This document shows, one piece after another, positions 1 to 9,484 of a DNA stretch of 64,000 bases. Every line of letters begins with the position of its first letter. The first letter of the stretch is position 1. The notes under the pieces are model-generated. The model ran no database searches, was not told the origin of the DNA, and worked only from the letters and a program-made list of their open reading frames with translations. A program made the position numbers and the translations under genes. Source of the DNA: a virus; IMG/VR virus record IMGVR_UViG_3300017963_000016, positions 1 through 64,000 of that record. One strand, given 5' to 3'.

Positions 1-237
1 CATAGGAAAAATCTTAATTTCATTCTCTATTTCTAAGTCTATAATTTTTATCAATATTCCTTTAAACTCTACATTCTTTAATGGTTTTCCCTTAAGCATA
101 GTCTTAGAGAAATATTGTAAAGCCTGGAGGAATCCACTTAATAATTCTACTTTATCAGGGTCAATTAATTCCTCTTCAAATGATATATCTAGAATTAATT
201 TTCCTCCCTCATCATATAATAAAATATTGTAAATCAT
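1..237 (-). CDS. Longin-like domain protein (runs off the window edge)
   Basis: Manual translation from ATG at 237: MIYNILLYDEGGKLILDISFEEELIDPDKVELLSGFLQALQYFSKTMLKGKPLKNVEF...; beta-G-beta start plus an LLSGFLxAlxxF helix typical of Asgard longin domains; not in the ORF track. Confidence 0.7.
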   Translation of the reverse strand, partial: MIYNILLYDEGGKLILDISFEEELIDPDKVELLSGFLQALQYFSKTMLKGKPLKNVEFKGILIKIIDLEIENEIKIFPM

Positions 238-310
238 TATTAGAGATTGAATTTGTTAGTTATCATTTATTTAGATTTTAAGAATAAAAATATTAGTATT
301 AGGAATAAGA

Positions 311-1015
311 TTAAATATAATAAATTTTAGAGGCTCTGAAGTATATTTTTCCTTTTCTTGTTAGAAATATTCTTTCATTTCTTATTCTGATAAATTTCTG
401 ATATTGTAAAACCCTTAATGAATCTTTTTTATACCAGATACTTGATTTAGCTTTACTCAATGATATAGGCTGATTTTCAGCAATATAGTTTAAAAAGGAG
501 GAATCATAAGCATATAATGGCCTGTTATCTACATGAAAGGATAATCCTTTTTCACTGATTTTATATTCATTAATTCTTCCTGATTTCCTGGAGAGTATAA
601 AATTTCTATTAAGAGGAGTTTTTACTGAATTTCTTACTGAGGATACACTAGAGCCTATTCCCTGTGCTATTTGATTTATTGAAAGCCATTTATCTTTATT
701 ATCCCTTAGAAATGAGATAACAGCCTTTTGGCCTTTCCCTAATTTAATATATGATTGTTTAGAAGTTAGGAAAATTTTTCTCCTGAGAGCAATTATCTGA
801 TCTTTTGTCTCATAATATTGTTTTTGAATTTGTTTATAATTGTTTTTCTTATCCCAATTAGCTCTCTCCTTTCTTTCAGGATGATCTTTTATTAGCATAC
901 TAGTATATTTGAATAGGTTTAGTCTCTGATTATATAAATCCCAATATTTTTTATCTAATATATAGAATTGCTTAACTAAGGATTCTAATTTTATTAATTC
1001 ATTACTTAATGGCAT
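311..1015 (-). CDS. Winged-helix DNA-binding protein
   Basis: LSINQIAQGIGSSVSSVRNSV...YKISEKG and IFLTRKG wHTH patterns after an N-terminal helical region. Confidence 0.65.
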   Translation of the reverse strand: MPLSNELIKLESLVKQFYILDKKYWDLYNQRLNLFKYTSMLIKDHPERKERANWDKKNNYKQIQKQYYETKDQIIALRRKIFLTSKQSYIKLGKGQKAVISFLRDNKDKWLSINQIAQGIGSSVSSVRNSVKTPLNRNFILSRKSGRINEYKISEKGLSFHVDNRPLYAYDSSFLNYIAENQPISLSKAKSSIWYKKDSLRVLQYQKFIRIRNERIFLTRKGKIYFRASKIYYI

Positions 1016-1113
1016 GAATAAAGATTAGATTATCAAAATATAAAAATTTTAGTTAGTCATTCAATACAGGCTGTGCCTTAATTAACTCAATTGTTTGAAT
1101 AAAACAATTCAAT

Positions 1114-2943
1114 TTATAACTCCTTATGAATTATTACACTTTTTTCAGGTTTTAAATAATTAATTTGTTTTTGGTAAGGCTTTTTATTTAGATGATCAAA
1201 AATATCAGCGAAAACAAAGATTTTATTATATTTATTATGGTTTTTTAGAGCAAAATCTATCTCAGGAGAAAATTTCTTCATAGGAATTGATAATGAATTT
1301 TTTGAAATCTCAAAACATTTACAAGAATAAACTTCTAATATTGTTTTATCAGAAGATATAGCATAAACATCAGGCTCTCCTTTAGCTCCATTCCTTATAA
1401 CTTCCCAATCCTTATACTCTGGATTCTCCCTAAGTTTATTGGCTTTATGAATCTCATACATCTCTCCTCTAACATCAGAGATATAGCCATCATATTTCTT
1501 TTTAATAGCTGAGAATTGAGGGTCGGATAATTCTATATTAAGTTTATCCCTTATCTGTTGGTAAGTGAGACCTCCTTTTTTCAATTTGAAGATTTCAATA
1601 TCTCTCTCAACATTTCTCCAATTTGTATTTTCTATATCAAAATCCTCCAATATTTTTTCATAGGGAATATCAAAAACATTTTGATCATCTATTTTATATT
1701 TTAATCGGTTATGCTCTTGAAGTTTTATTTGATCTGCTTTTTTTGTCTCATCTTTCTCCTTATTGAATTCATTGAATACCTCATCAATTAGGTAATTCAT
1801 ATAATCAACATCAGTATCCATGTTTAAGTCAAATATTAACCAATTCTTTAGAACTTTTTTACTCTTCCCATCATAATCTTTATTTTTAGCATAATCGAAA
1901 AGCTTTTTCTTATCTCTGCTTTTCTGGTCTTCGGTTAAGGAGCCTGATTGTATTCCTCCTGAGTCCTCTAAATGTTCTAATGCCTCTAGTTTAGCAACAT
2001 CGTAAACATCTAAAAGATGAACTATAGAGCCAATATCTAATAGAGCATAGCCTAAATATAGAGCTTTTAAGGTTTTTTTCTCAGGGTCGATATACCTTAC
2101 TAAAGCTCTAGTTTGCCATTGCTCCATTGGTTTATCTTTAGCAAATCCAAGAGGAGTTAATATAAAATGGAGATTAGGAACGTAAGCAAAATCAGGAGTC
2201 GCTAAAATATAATTCTTTTGCTTAACTCTAAAAGCTTTAATTATATTCTTAAATGCTTTAGCAAATGTTCTAGAGCCTGAGCCTGAAAGTTCATTATTCT
2301 CATCTTGAAGATTACATCCTCCTGGTAAAAGTTTAGTGAAATTATTTTTAGAGCCTGAGAAATCAGTTGAGTAAGTCATATCAATTTCTCCTTTTAACCT
2401 TACTTTCTTTAAATCTTTAAGAAATTGTTTATCTAGATTAATCTTCTTTAATAATTTCTCAATGATATGATTTGTATAATTAACCTTATGAGTTGTATTA
2501 TCATTCCTGGATTTTAGGCTTGTCAATATTCTTACTCTGGTATTTCTTATGCTATACCTTGTTTCTCTTATCTTTTGAGGAAGATATTTTATAAATAAAT
2601 CGTTAATAATTTTCCATAGCCATACTGCTATGAGGGATTTACCTAAACCACTTTTATTATTAACCTCACATACTACATTTCTCCCTGATCTTATACAATC
2701 TTCTATATGTTCTAATAAAACCTCAGTTATATCTCTTTTAAGAGCATAAGGCCTGGTAAAATGGTTATTCCATTTTCTCCTCATAGCATATTCTAACTGA
2801 TCAATAAAATAACGATCTAAAGCAGGATAATCATATTCTTCAAAATTTCCTTTAAATGATTTTTTTTTCGATCTCAGCCTGGAGAGTTGCCTATAGCTAT
2901 ATCTAATGCTCTTCCTATATCCCTGATTTTTATAAACTACCAT
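1114..2943 (-). CDS. P-loop ATPase with C-terminal HTH and PD-(D/E)xK-like nuclease domain (candidate packaging/morphogenesis ATPase)
   Basis: Walker A-like NKSGLGKS, Walker B-like NLQDE, RxKxxxxILATP; GLTYQQIRDKL HTH; GEPDVYA...EVYSCK nuclease-like motif. Confidence 0.65.
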   Translation of the reverse strand: MVVYKNQGYRKSIRYSYRQLSRLRSKKKSFKGNFEEYDYPALDRYFIDQLEYAMRRKWNNHFTRPYALKRDITEVLLEHIEDCIRSGRNVVCEVNNKSGLGKSLIAVWLWKIINDLFIKYLPQKIRETRYSIRNTRVRILTSLKSRNDNTTHKVNYTNHIIEKLLKKINLDKQFLKDLKKVRLKGEIDMTYSTDFSGSKNNFTKLLPGGCNLQDENNELSGSGSRTFAKAFKNIIKAFRVKQKNYILATPDFAYVPNLHFILTPLGFAKDKPMEQWQTRALVRYIDPEKKTLKALYLGYALLDIGSIVHLLDVYDVAKLEALEHLEDSGGIQSGSLTEDQKSRDKKKLFDYAKNKDYDGKSKKVLKNWLIFDLNMDTDVDYMNYLIDEVFNEFNKEKDETKKADQIKLQEHNRLKYKIDDQNVFDIPYEKILEDFDIENTNWRNVERDIEIFKLKKGGLTYQQIRDKLNIELSDPQFSAIKKKYDGYISDVRGEMYEIHKANKLRENPEYKDWEVIRNGAKGEPDVYAISSDKTILEVYSCKCFEISKNSLSIPMKKFSPEIDFALKNHNKYNKIFVFADIFDHLNKKPYQKQINYLKPEKSVIIHKEL

Positions 2944-2982
2944 ATTCTCAATAGAAAATATAGGTTAAAGATATTAATATAT

Positions 2983-3501
2983 TTATTCATTATCCATAAA
3001 ATTTTCTTTAATCTCTTCCTTAATTTCTCCTTTAATATCTCTATACATTCTTGAAATCATAGAACTTGTTAGTTTACCTGCTGTTCCTACCTCTAACATC
3101 ATATAACCAATAATTCTGAAATGATGATCTATTCTCTCTAATACAGCAGAAATCCATTTCCTTAAATAAATTTGTATTAATTTAGGTCTCCTAATATTAT
3201 CTGTAAGCTCATAAGTAAGCAATCTAGATATTCTATGATATTTTTTACCTATTTTTTCATTCAATTGAAGAGGAGAGTTAAAGATAATTATCATTATATC
3301 TGATAGATCAATTTGAAGAATTGTTAAAAAATCAACATCTTCAAAAGCAGATACATTTAAGCTCTCAATAGTTCTAAGGTAAATCCTAACTCCTAATAAA
3401 GCCTCTTGTTGTTTTTCCATATCTTTTGAGAGCATTTCATATAAATCTAAATAGAACTTCATCTTCATATCGTCCTCTCCATAAAACATATCCTCTCCCA
3501 T
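2983..3501 (-). CDS. Hypothetical helical protein
   Basis: 172-aa ORF with GGAGG RBS, between the membrane coiled-coil gene and the ATPase. Confidence 0.7.
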   Translation of the reverse strand: MGEDMFYGEDDMKMKFYLDLYEMLSKDMEKQQEALLGVRIYLRTIESLNVSAFEDVDFLTILQIDLSDIMIIIFNSPLQLNEKIGKKYHRISRLLTYELTDNIRRPKLIQIYLRKWISAVLERIDHHFRIIGYMMLEVGTAGKLTSSMISRMYRDIKGEIKEEIKENFMDNE

Positions 3502-3515
3502 GTTTTTCAGCCTCC

Positions 3516-4934
3516 TTAGTTAATTAGTAATCTACATATAGTAATTATTGAATTGATTAATGAGGAAGTCTCATTATTATTTGAATCTCCATTACTAGGC
3601 TCCTCAACTATAGGCCTATATAATCCAAATATTTCAGGATATATCCATACTAATAATAAAAGAACTAGTAAGAAGATAACAACAATTGCTAACATTATAG
3701 TTATCATTTGATATTCCTTTTTAACTCCTTTAAATGAGAATTTGGAAAGCTCTCTTTTCATTTCTGAGACTTCCTTTCCTCTTTTACTGATTTTCTTTAG
3801 CTCATCAGATAGCGTAGAATTATGCTTTTCTAAATCCATGTTATCATAAATTAGGGTTTCGTATTCATGTTTTATTTGTGATACCTCATCAGCAAAATAA
3901 GAGAGCTTGGCATTAAGCATTAATGCCTCTGCTATTTCTTTCTTCATTTGTATCAATCCTCCTTTCTTAACATAATAAGAGGAATAAGTGCAAATGAGAT
4001 AAGGCATTTTTTTGAAAACTCCTCCCTCTAGGAATGTAGCAACAGCATAATTAGGAACTTCTAATTGCATATTGGCAAAATAACCATAGTCATCAGTAAA
4101 AATAAAACAATTGAAAATGCTATCAGTTGGTAAAAGAAAAATTAATTCTTTATTATTAGAATAAATATCTGAATCCACTATTCTAGCTCTAAAGAATGTA
4201 AATTCAGGTAAATTATAACTTTCCTGGTCTAATTTAATCTCTGTTATTGGTTTACTAGGGTCGCGTCTATTAAGGTTTAGGCTAGCCCTTTGGCTGTTTT
4301 GTAATTCCCTTAACTCATCACTCTGTTTTTCAAAGTCTTTAACTTTATTTAATTTTATATTAAGATTCTTTATTTGCTCATCTATTTTATCAATAGCTTT
4401 CTTGATTTCTTTCTCTCTTTCCTCAGAGAATTTAGCAATTTCCTTTTCTTTCTTCTTGTCTTTTTTATCTTTTGATTGCTCCTCTGTTAAAAGATTATTC
4501 TTTATCATTTCAATTGGAGATATAAGGAGCCTGGAGAGATTCTTCTTTTTTTGTAAAAGATTAGATAATTCTTTTTTAATCTGTTTTTTCTCTGCTAATA
4601 TCTCATCCTTTATACCTAATTCTATTGGATATGTCTCTGTAGAGTCTATAACAATCCAACCAACGCTAGGCTTTCTAAAATCAACATCATAAACTATTGA
4701 AAAGAGATATAAATAAATTTTATACTTTTCTTGATAAATGATCTTTAAATATTTTAATCCTACCATATAAACAATATAACCAACAACAAAAAAAACCATA
4801 AGCATAAAGGATAATACCTGTAATATTATAAGCATAAACATAGTTGGAGCTATAAGCATAGCAGGATAAACCATTAGGCCTGAGTATACATCTTCACTAA
4901 GAATTTTTTTTACAAATTTATCTTTAAATCCCAT
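3516..4934 (-). CDS. Membrane protein with two N-terminal TMs, coiled coils and a C-terminal TM
   Basis: Hydrophobic segments at about aa 20-62 and ITIMLAIVVIFLLVLLLLVW; K/E-rich heptad regions. Confidence 0.75.
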   Translation of the reverse strand: MGFKDKFVKKILSEDVYSGLMVYPAMLIAPTMFMLIILQVLSFMLMVFFVVGYIVYMVGLKYLKIIYQEKYKIYLYLFSIVYDVDFRKPSVGWIVIDSTETYPIELGIKDEILAEKKQIKKELSNLLQKKKNLSRLLISPIEMIKNNLLTEEQSKDKKDKKKEKEIAKFSEEREKEIKKAIDKIDEQIKNLNIKLNKVKDFEKQSDELRELQNSQRASLNLNRRDPSKPITEIKLDQESYNLPEFTFFRARIVDSDIYSNNKELIFLLPTDSIFNCFIFTDDYGYFANMQLEVPNYAVATFLEGGVFKKMPYLICTYSSYYVKKGGLIQMKKEIAEALMLNAKLSYFADEVSQIKHEYETLIYDNMDLEKHNSTLSDELKKISKRGKEVSEMKRELSKFSFKGVKKEYQMITIMLAIVVIFLLVLLLLVWIYPEIFGLYRPIVEEPSNGDSNNNETSSLINSIITICRLLIN

Positions 4935-5034
4935 ATTCGATCATCTTTTACCTAACTTAGTTAATTGGAAAATCAATCAATTTCTATATAAAGTTTTATT
5001 ATAAAAAAGCTATTTTTGACTTTTTGGCTTTTTT

Positions 5035-5070
5035 AAAAACTCATAAAAACATCAAAAACTCATAAAAACA
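5035..5070 (+). repeat. Direct repeat AAAAACTCATAAAAACA x2 (19-bp period), candidate operator
   Basis: 5035-5051 and 5054-5070 are identical; lies in a divergent promoter region. Confidence 0.7.
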
Positions 5071-5134
5071 ACTATAATAACATATTTAAACAATTTACCT
5101 CAATTTTTTATTTAAGAAATTCCAATTTTAAATT

Positions 5135-5383
5135 ATGAGTTTAAATACTAATATATTACTTAAAGATGGGAGAAAAGTTAGTATTGTTAATATTAGGAAT
5201 GAAATACAAAAATCAATTGACTTATTATATAAAGCAATAGCGACAATTAATAATCTTAAAAAGAATACTTTTGAGGCTAAGCAGAATCAAGAATACCAGG
5301 AATCAATAAAGAATCAAGTCCAAAAGCAATATGATCGGTTAAAAGAATTGAAAATGAGAATAAACCGTTTTTATATGCTTTAA
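5135..5383 (+). CDS. Small helical/coiled-coil protein
   Basis: 82-aa ORF in an otherwise empty gap, TATA-like TTTAAA upstream. Confidence 0.65.
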   Translation: MSLNTNILLKDGRKVSIVNIRNEIQKSIDLLYKAIATINNLKKNTFEAKQNQEYQESIKNQVQKQYDRLKELKMRINRFYML

Positions 5384-5389
5384 TTTTTT

Positions 5390-5431
5390 TAATTTTACAC
5401 AAACTTTTGTGTAATTTTACACAAACTTTTG
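5390..5431. repeat. 22-bp-period repeat made of alternating inverted TTACACAAA half-sites
   Basis: TAATTTTACACAAACTTTTG at 5390-5409 and 5412-5431; reads TTACACAAA-ct-TTTGTGTAA-tt-TTACACAAA. Confidence 0.8.
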
Positions 5432-5445
5432 ATTTATATTTAAAA

Positions 5446-5543
5446 CACTAGTCGTAAAATTTTAAGAGGAGAAAATATTTTAAATGAATCTTATAAGAGC
5501 CTGAAGGCTCCAGGTATCCAAAATAGAAAAATGCTCCTGAAAA
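5446..5543 (+). repeat. Dispersed intergenic repeat, copy 1 (98 bp)
   Basis: CACTAGTCGTAAAATTTTAAGAGGAG...GCTCCTGAAAA; one mismatch to 27709-27806; first 45 bp identical to 21347-21391. Confidence 0.95.
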
Positions 5544-5633
5544 GTGGTAAGTTTAGGATATTATAAATTTATTATAATTATCCAATAATAAAAAGGCTGA
5601 AAGTATAAATATCCTCAAAATCATATTTAATTT

Positions 5634-5939
5634 ATGAGTAGTTCTAATAGTAATGAGGAAAATAATAGTAATGAGGAAAATAATAGTAATAATGAAGAGA
5701 ATAAGGAGGATTCTCAGCCTAATTTTGAAAAGGGAGATTACCTAGAATTAATCGATCAAATTTTTCTGAAAACTCAGGAATATAATGAATTTATTGAAAG
5801 TTCTATAACTAAGTTAAAGGAAGTTAAGAAATTGGATTTAACTAAGGTATTTAGTGAAATTCTTGATAATAAGATTGATTTCCTGGAAAATTTTGAAAAA
5901 AAGATTGAGAAAGTTTTAAGAAGAATCTATAATGTTTAA
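5634..5939 (+). CDS. Small acidic/coiled-coil protein with an N-terminal NSNEEN repeat
   Basis: 101-aa ORF; 18-bp tandem repeat at 5645-5690; BRE/TATA-like GAAAGTATAAAT about 25 nt upstream. Confidence 0.7.
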   Translation: MSSSNSNEENNSNEENNSNNEENKEDSQPNFEKGDYLELIDQIFLKTQEYNEFIESSITKLKEVKKLDLTKVFSEILDNKIDFLENFEKKIEKVLRRIYNV

Positions 5940-6788
5940 TTATCTAATTCTTGATCTCCTTTTTGTTTTTTTCTTTTTGGAGGATTTTTTAGGCTTTCTT
6001 TTCTTTCTGAAGTAATATATAAATACTAAGCTAAATAGGGAAATAGTGCTTATAATTAAGATTAATAACCAATTATCTATAAGCCATTGTAAGATTGGGT
6101 TTGAATTATAGCTTGAATATAAATCGGTAAAAAGAAATTTAATATCCTCAGTATTTGTTGTATCAGGGATATATGATATTGCTTTAAAACAACAATCCTC
6201 CTTATCCCTAAACCAATTGCTAGGAATTATTATTGAGAATCCATTATGATTTAAATCTATATTTCCAAAAACAGTTCGATTATCCATTGTTATAGCATAA
6301 ATAGTTTCAATCGCTCCTGTATATGTTTCTGAGGCTCCCAAGCCTGTGAATCCCTCTTTAGAGCAATTGCTCCAGAATAAAACTAAAAAAATATCAATAT
6401 CTCTTGTATCTCCCTCTGTATAGAAATCAATACTAGCATTATCCTTATCTAAATCTGTTATCTCAATTCTTCTAAAATCAAGAGCTTTATATTCATTATA
6501 TTCTGAATCTGTAAGTGTTTTTGAGTATTCAGTATTATCCCAATTCTCTTCCAGAATATTGTAATATTGATCTAATTCTTTAAGATCATCCTCCTCTGCT
6601 AAATCTGTTATGTTTTCTCCATATTCAGTAAGCTCTTTCAAATCTTTAATTTTGAATACTCTCTGATCTCTTAATGAATCTTCTGGAAAAACAATAGAAT
6701 CCTCAACAGCTAGGGCCATAGATAAGCTATAAAGAGAGATTATAGTTAAAATTCCTATGATTGAAATTAATTTAGTCTTATTCATCAC
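5940..6788 (-). CDS. Type I membrane protein (signal peptide, acidic ectodomain, C-terminal TM, basic tail)
   Basis: N-terminal signal ending in ALA; TM WLLILIISTISLFSLVFIYYF; tail RKKRKPKKSSKKKKTKRRSRIR. Confidence 0.8.
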   Translation of the reverse strand: MMNKTKLISIIGILTIISLYSLSMALAVEDSIVFPEDSLRDQRVFKIKDLKELTEYGENITDLAEEDDLKELDQYYNILEENWDNTEYSKTLTDSEYNEYKALDFRRIEITDLDKDNASIDFYTEGDTRDIDIFLVLFWSNCSKEGFTGLGASETYTGAIETIYAITMDNRTVFGNIDLNHNGFSIIIPSNWFRDKEDCCFKAISYIPDTTNTEDIKFLFTDLYSSYNSNPILQWLIDNWLLILIISTISLFSLVFIYYFRKKRKPKKSSKKKKTKRRSRIR

Positions 6789-6934
6789 AATTCAAATTAA
6801 TATTCTTAATAATATATTATCAATCCAAAATATAAATTATAACTATTTCAACTAATTTATTTTTTATTAATACTTTTTTATTCAGGATAAAAAAATGCTC
6901 TTGAATTGAAAAAATTAAAAATAAAAAAAATAAT

Positions 6935-7882
6935 TTATGAACTTATAACTCCAAGAGTTTGAGTATCTTTCCCATCAATGCTTATATCTATTGTGAAAAG
7001 CTCTATCTCATCATATTGATTGATATTGAAGAATAGCTCCTCAATAACAATATCTCTTTTTTGCCCAACTTCTATAAATGCTTTCTCCCTTAAGGAGACT
7101 ACATCTAGGGGATTAGTTTCCTCTATATCTCCTGTGAATAATCCAAGAGGAGCTTCTAATAGAAAGAATACAAAAGTTTCTACATACTCATCCTCAATCA
7201 AGCCTCCTGATACATCATAATCAATCTCCATATACATAACTAAGTAATCAATAACAAAATAATCATTCTTACTTAATTCTAGATCATCTTCTATTAAAGT
7301 TCCAGGAGGATAATAAGGCTCTGGAGGAGCCTCTTCAATATCAATATAAGGGAATACAAAATCCTCTGATAATAGATTAAGTATTCCTCCCTGATATATT
7401 GTCATAGCTCTAGGATATTTAGTAGCATAGAAATCAGAATCTTCCTCTCTCCAGCCTCTGCTCTTTAGCTCTTTTTTTACTTCATTTGCTGTATTTTTAC
7501 CATCAGCTAATTCTATAAGATCAGGAACTATATCAGGATTATCAAAATGGCCATAGGTAATTCCTAATGTAGAGGAAATATTCTCACTAGCATATTCTTC
7601 ATAATCGAAAGTTCTTTTGCCTAAGCCTCCCTCAGTTGTATCATTTAAAATAATTTTACAGTCTCTTGAGAGAGTTATGGTTAATTCAGCCTCATTTACT
7701 TCAGTTGGTAGAATTGAAAGGAAAATTGGCTGTAATAACATCCCTATTGGAATACCTGCTATTATTCCAAGACTAATAGATATTAAGATAATATTTCTCC
7801 TGGAATTAGGATTTTTTTTTCCTCCTGAGGCTCCTGATTTTGTTTTTCTTCTAGGTTTAGGATTATTTTTCATGGTTATCAT
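6935..7882 (-). CDS. Type II membrane protein, paralog A
   Basis: Basic N-tail (PRRKTK...NSRRN), one TM, acidic ectodomain; paralog of 7966..8919. Confidence 0.8.
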   Translation of the reverse strand: MITMKNNPKPRRKTKSGASGGKKNPNSRRNIILISISLGIIAGIPIGMLLQPIFLSILPTEVNEAELTITLSRDCKIILNDTTEGGLGKRTFDYEEYASENISSTLGITYGHFDNPDIVPDLIELADGKNTANEVKKELKSRGWREEDSDFYATKYPRAMTIYQGGILNLLSEDFVFPYIDIEEAPPEPYYPPGTLIEDDLELSKNDYFVIDYLVMYMEIDYDVSGGLIEDEYVETFVFFLLEAPLGLFTGDIEETNPLDVVSLREKAFIEVGQKRDIVIEELFFNINQYDEIELFTIDISIDGKDTQTLGVISS

Positions 7883-7965
7883 TTATTTAAATTTAATTTA
7901 AAATAGGCTGAATATGTATTTATTTTTTCAGTTTAAAAAAAGTTAAAAAAAAAGATTAATTAGGT

Positions 7966-8919
7966 TTAGGTAGAGCCTCCTAACACATAAAGAGTCTCAG
8001 GTCTATTATCTATTACTAAATCCATAGAAAAGGCATTAAGCTCATCAAATTCATTGATATTGAAGAAAAACTCTTCAATGATTATATCTCTTGTATCGCC
8101 CTCTTCTATAAAAGCTGATTCTCTTAGAGTAAGAACATCTAAAGGATGATCTTCTAATTCCCCTGATATTAAAGCTCTAGGAACATTTAATAATAAATTT
8201 GCTGATACATAAATATAGTCATCCTCAATTAAGCCTCCTGATACATCATAATCCATTTCTAATATACAAACTATTTGATCAATCGTAAATGGCTTATCTT
8301 TACTCAATTCCAGATCATCTCTAATTAAAGTTCCTGAAGGCCAATAAGCTTCAGGAGGAGATTCAGATACATCAATAAATGGGAAAAAAAAGTCTTCACT
8401 CATCAAATTTAAAGTCGCAAATCCCTGTAATCCAATGCTCATGGCTCTAGGATAAATTGAGCTAAAAAAATCAGCATCCTCTTCCTCATAGCCTCTATCC
8501 TCTAACTCTTCTCTTAGTTCATTTAAAGAAATATCAGGCTGAGATAAATCAATTAAATCCAAATGAATTTCAGGATTCTCAAAATAGCCATATCTTACAG
8601 CCATAGTAGAGCCTGAAATATTCTCATTAGCATAGGTAATATAGTCAAAAGTTCTTTTGCCTAAGCCTCCCTCAGTTGTATCATTTAAAATAATTTTACA
8701 ATCTCTAGCTATAGATATATTCAGCTCAGCCTCAAGAGTCTCCTCAGTTGGTAAAATTGAAAGGAAAATTGGCTGTAATAACATCCCTATTGGAATACCT
8801 GCTATTATTCCAACAGAAAGTGTTATAAGTAAAGCATTTCTCCTGGAATTAGGATTTTTTTTTCCTCCTAAGGCTCCTGGTTTTGTTTTTCTTCTAGTTT
8901 TATCACTCATATTTATCAT
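7966..8919 (-). CDS. Type II membrane protein, paralog B
   Basis: Shares GIIAGIPIGMLLQPIFLSILPTE, DCKIILNDTTEGGLGKRTFDY and DYDVSGGLIED with 6935..7882; start may be 8910. Confidence 0.8.
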   Translation of the reverse strand: MINMSDKTRRKTKPGALGGKKNPNSRRNALLITLSVGIIAGIPIGMLLQPIFLSILPTEETLEAELNISIARDCKIILNDTTEGGLGKRTFDYITYANENISGSTMAVRYGYFENPEIHLDLIDLSQPDISLNELREELEDRGYEEEDADFFSSIYPRAMSIGLQGFATLNLMSEDFFFPFIDVSESPPEAYWPSGTLIRDDLELSKDKPFTIDQIVCILEMDYDVSGGLIEDDYIYVSANLLLNVPRALISGELEDHPLDVLTLRESAFIEEGDTRDIIIEEFFFNINEFDELNAFSMDLVIDNRPETLYVLGGST

Positions 8920-9058
8920 TTTAAAGATAAATTATATTAATTAAAAATAGCTTGAATTTCTATTTATTTTTTCAGCTATGTGAAAGATTTTTCTCAGGAG
9001 GATTTTTACCTAGATAATTATTTGAATAAAAAATTATAATAGTGTGAAAATAGATCGA

Positions 9059-9161
9059 TTCTACCTATATTTTAAGGTTTTTAAAAAGATCGTGATTCTA
9101 TGGCCATTCAATTTTCAATACTACTATATAGATAATTTCAAAATAAGTTCTACCTATATTT
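9059..9161. promoter_or_regulatory. 14-bp direct repeat TTCTACCTATATTT upstream of the paralog pair
   Basis: Identical at 9059-9072 and 9148-9161 in a non-coding gap. Confidence 0.4.
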
Positions 9162-9205
9162 ATTTCCAAAATTAGAAAAAATAATTTTTAGGTCCAGGAT
9201 AAAAA

Positions 9206-9484
9206 TTATTCTTTTTTAATCCCATTGCTTAAAACACATAATAAGATTATTGGATAAATGAGCCATAAGAAATTCTCAAAAAAATAGGATATATCAAATG
9301 GAAATCCAAATATAATAATAGGAGAGCCTAATATATAATTAAAATAAGAATATAATATTGTAAATCCAAAAGTAAAGATAAGAGCTATTATTATAGTAAT
9401 CTTTCCTCTCTTATTTAATCTATATTTTGTTTTCCTTTTTTTCTTTTCTTTTTTTCTCCTGGAGCCATTATCCTTTTCAGGCAT
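9206..9484 (-). CDS. Small 2-TM protein with a basic GSRRK N-tail
   Basis: MPEKDNGSRRKKEKKKRK followed by two hydrophobic segments. Confidence 0.75.
   Translation of the reverse strand: MPEKDNGSRRKKEKKKRKTKYRLNKRGKITIIIALIFTFGFTILYSYFNYILGSPIIIFGFPFDISYFFENFLWLIYPIILLCVLSNGIKKE

Noticed and set aside
5446-5543. Repeat encoding a small protein (minus strand ...YFLLLKFYD*)
   Set aside because: The open frame is only about 34 codons in copy 1, bounded by an upstream stop and with no ATG; non-coding is more likely.
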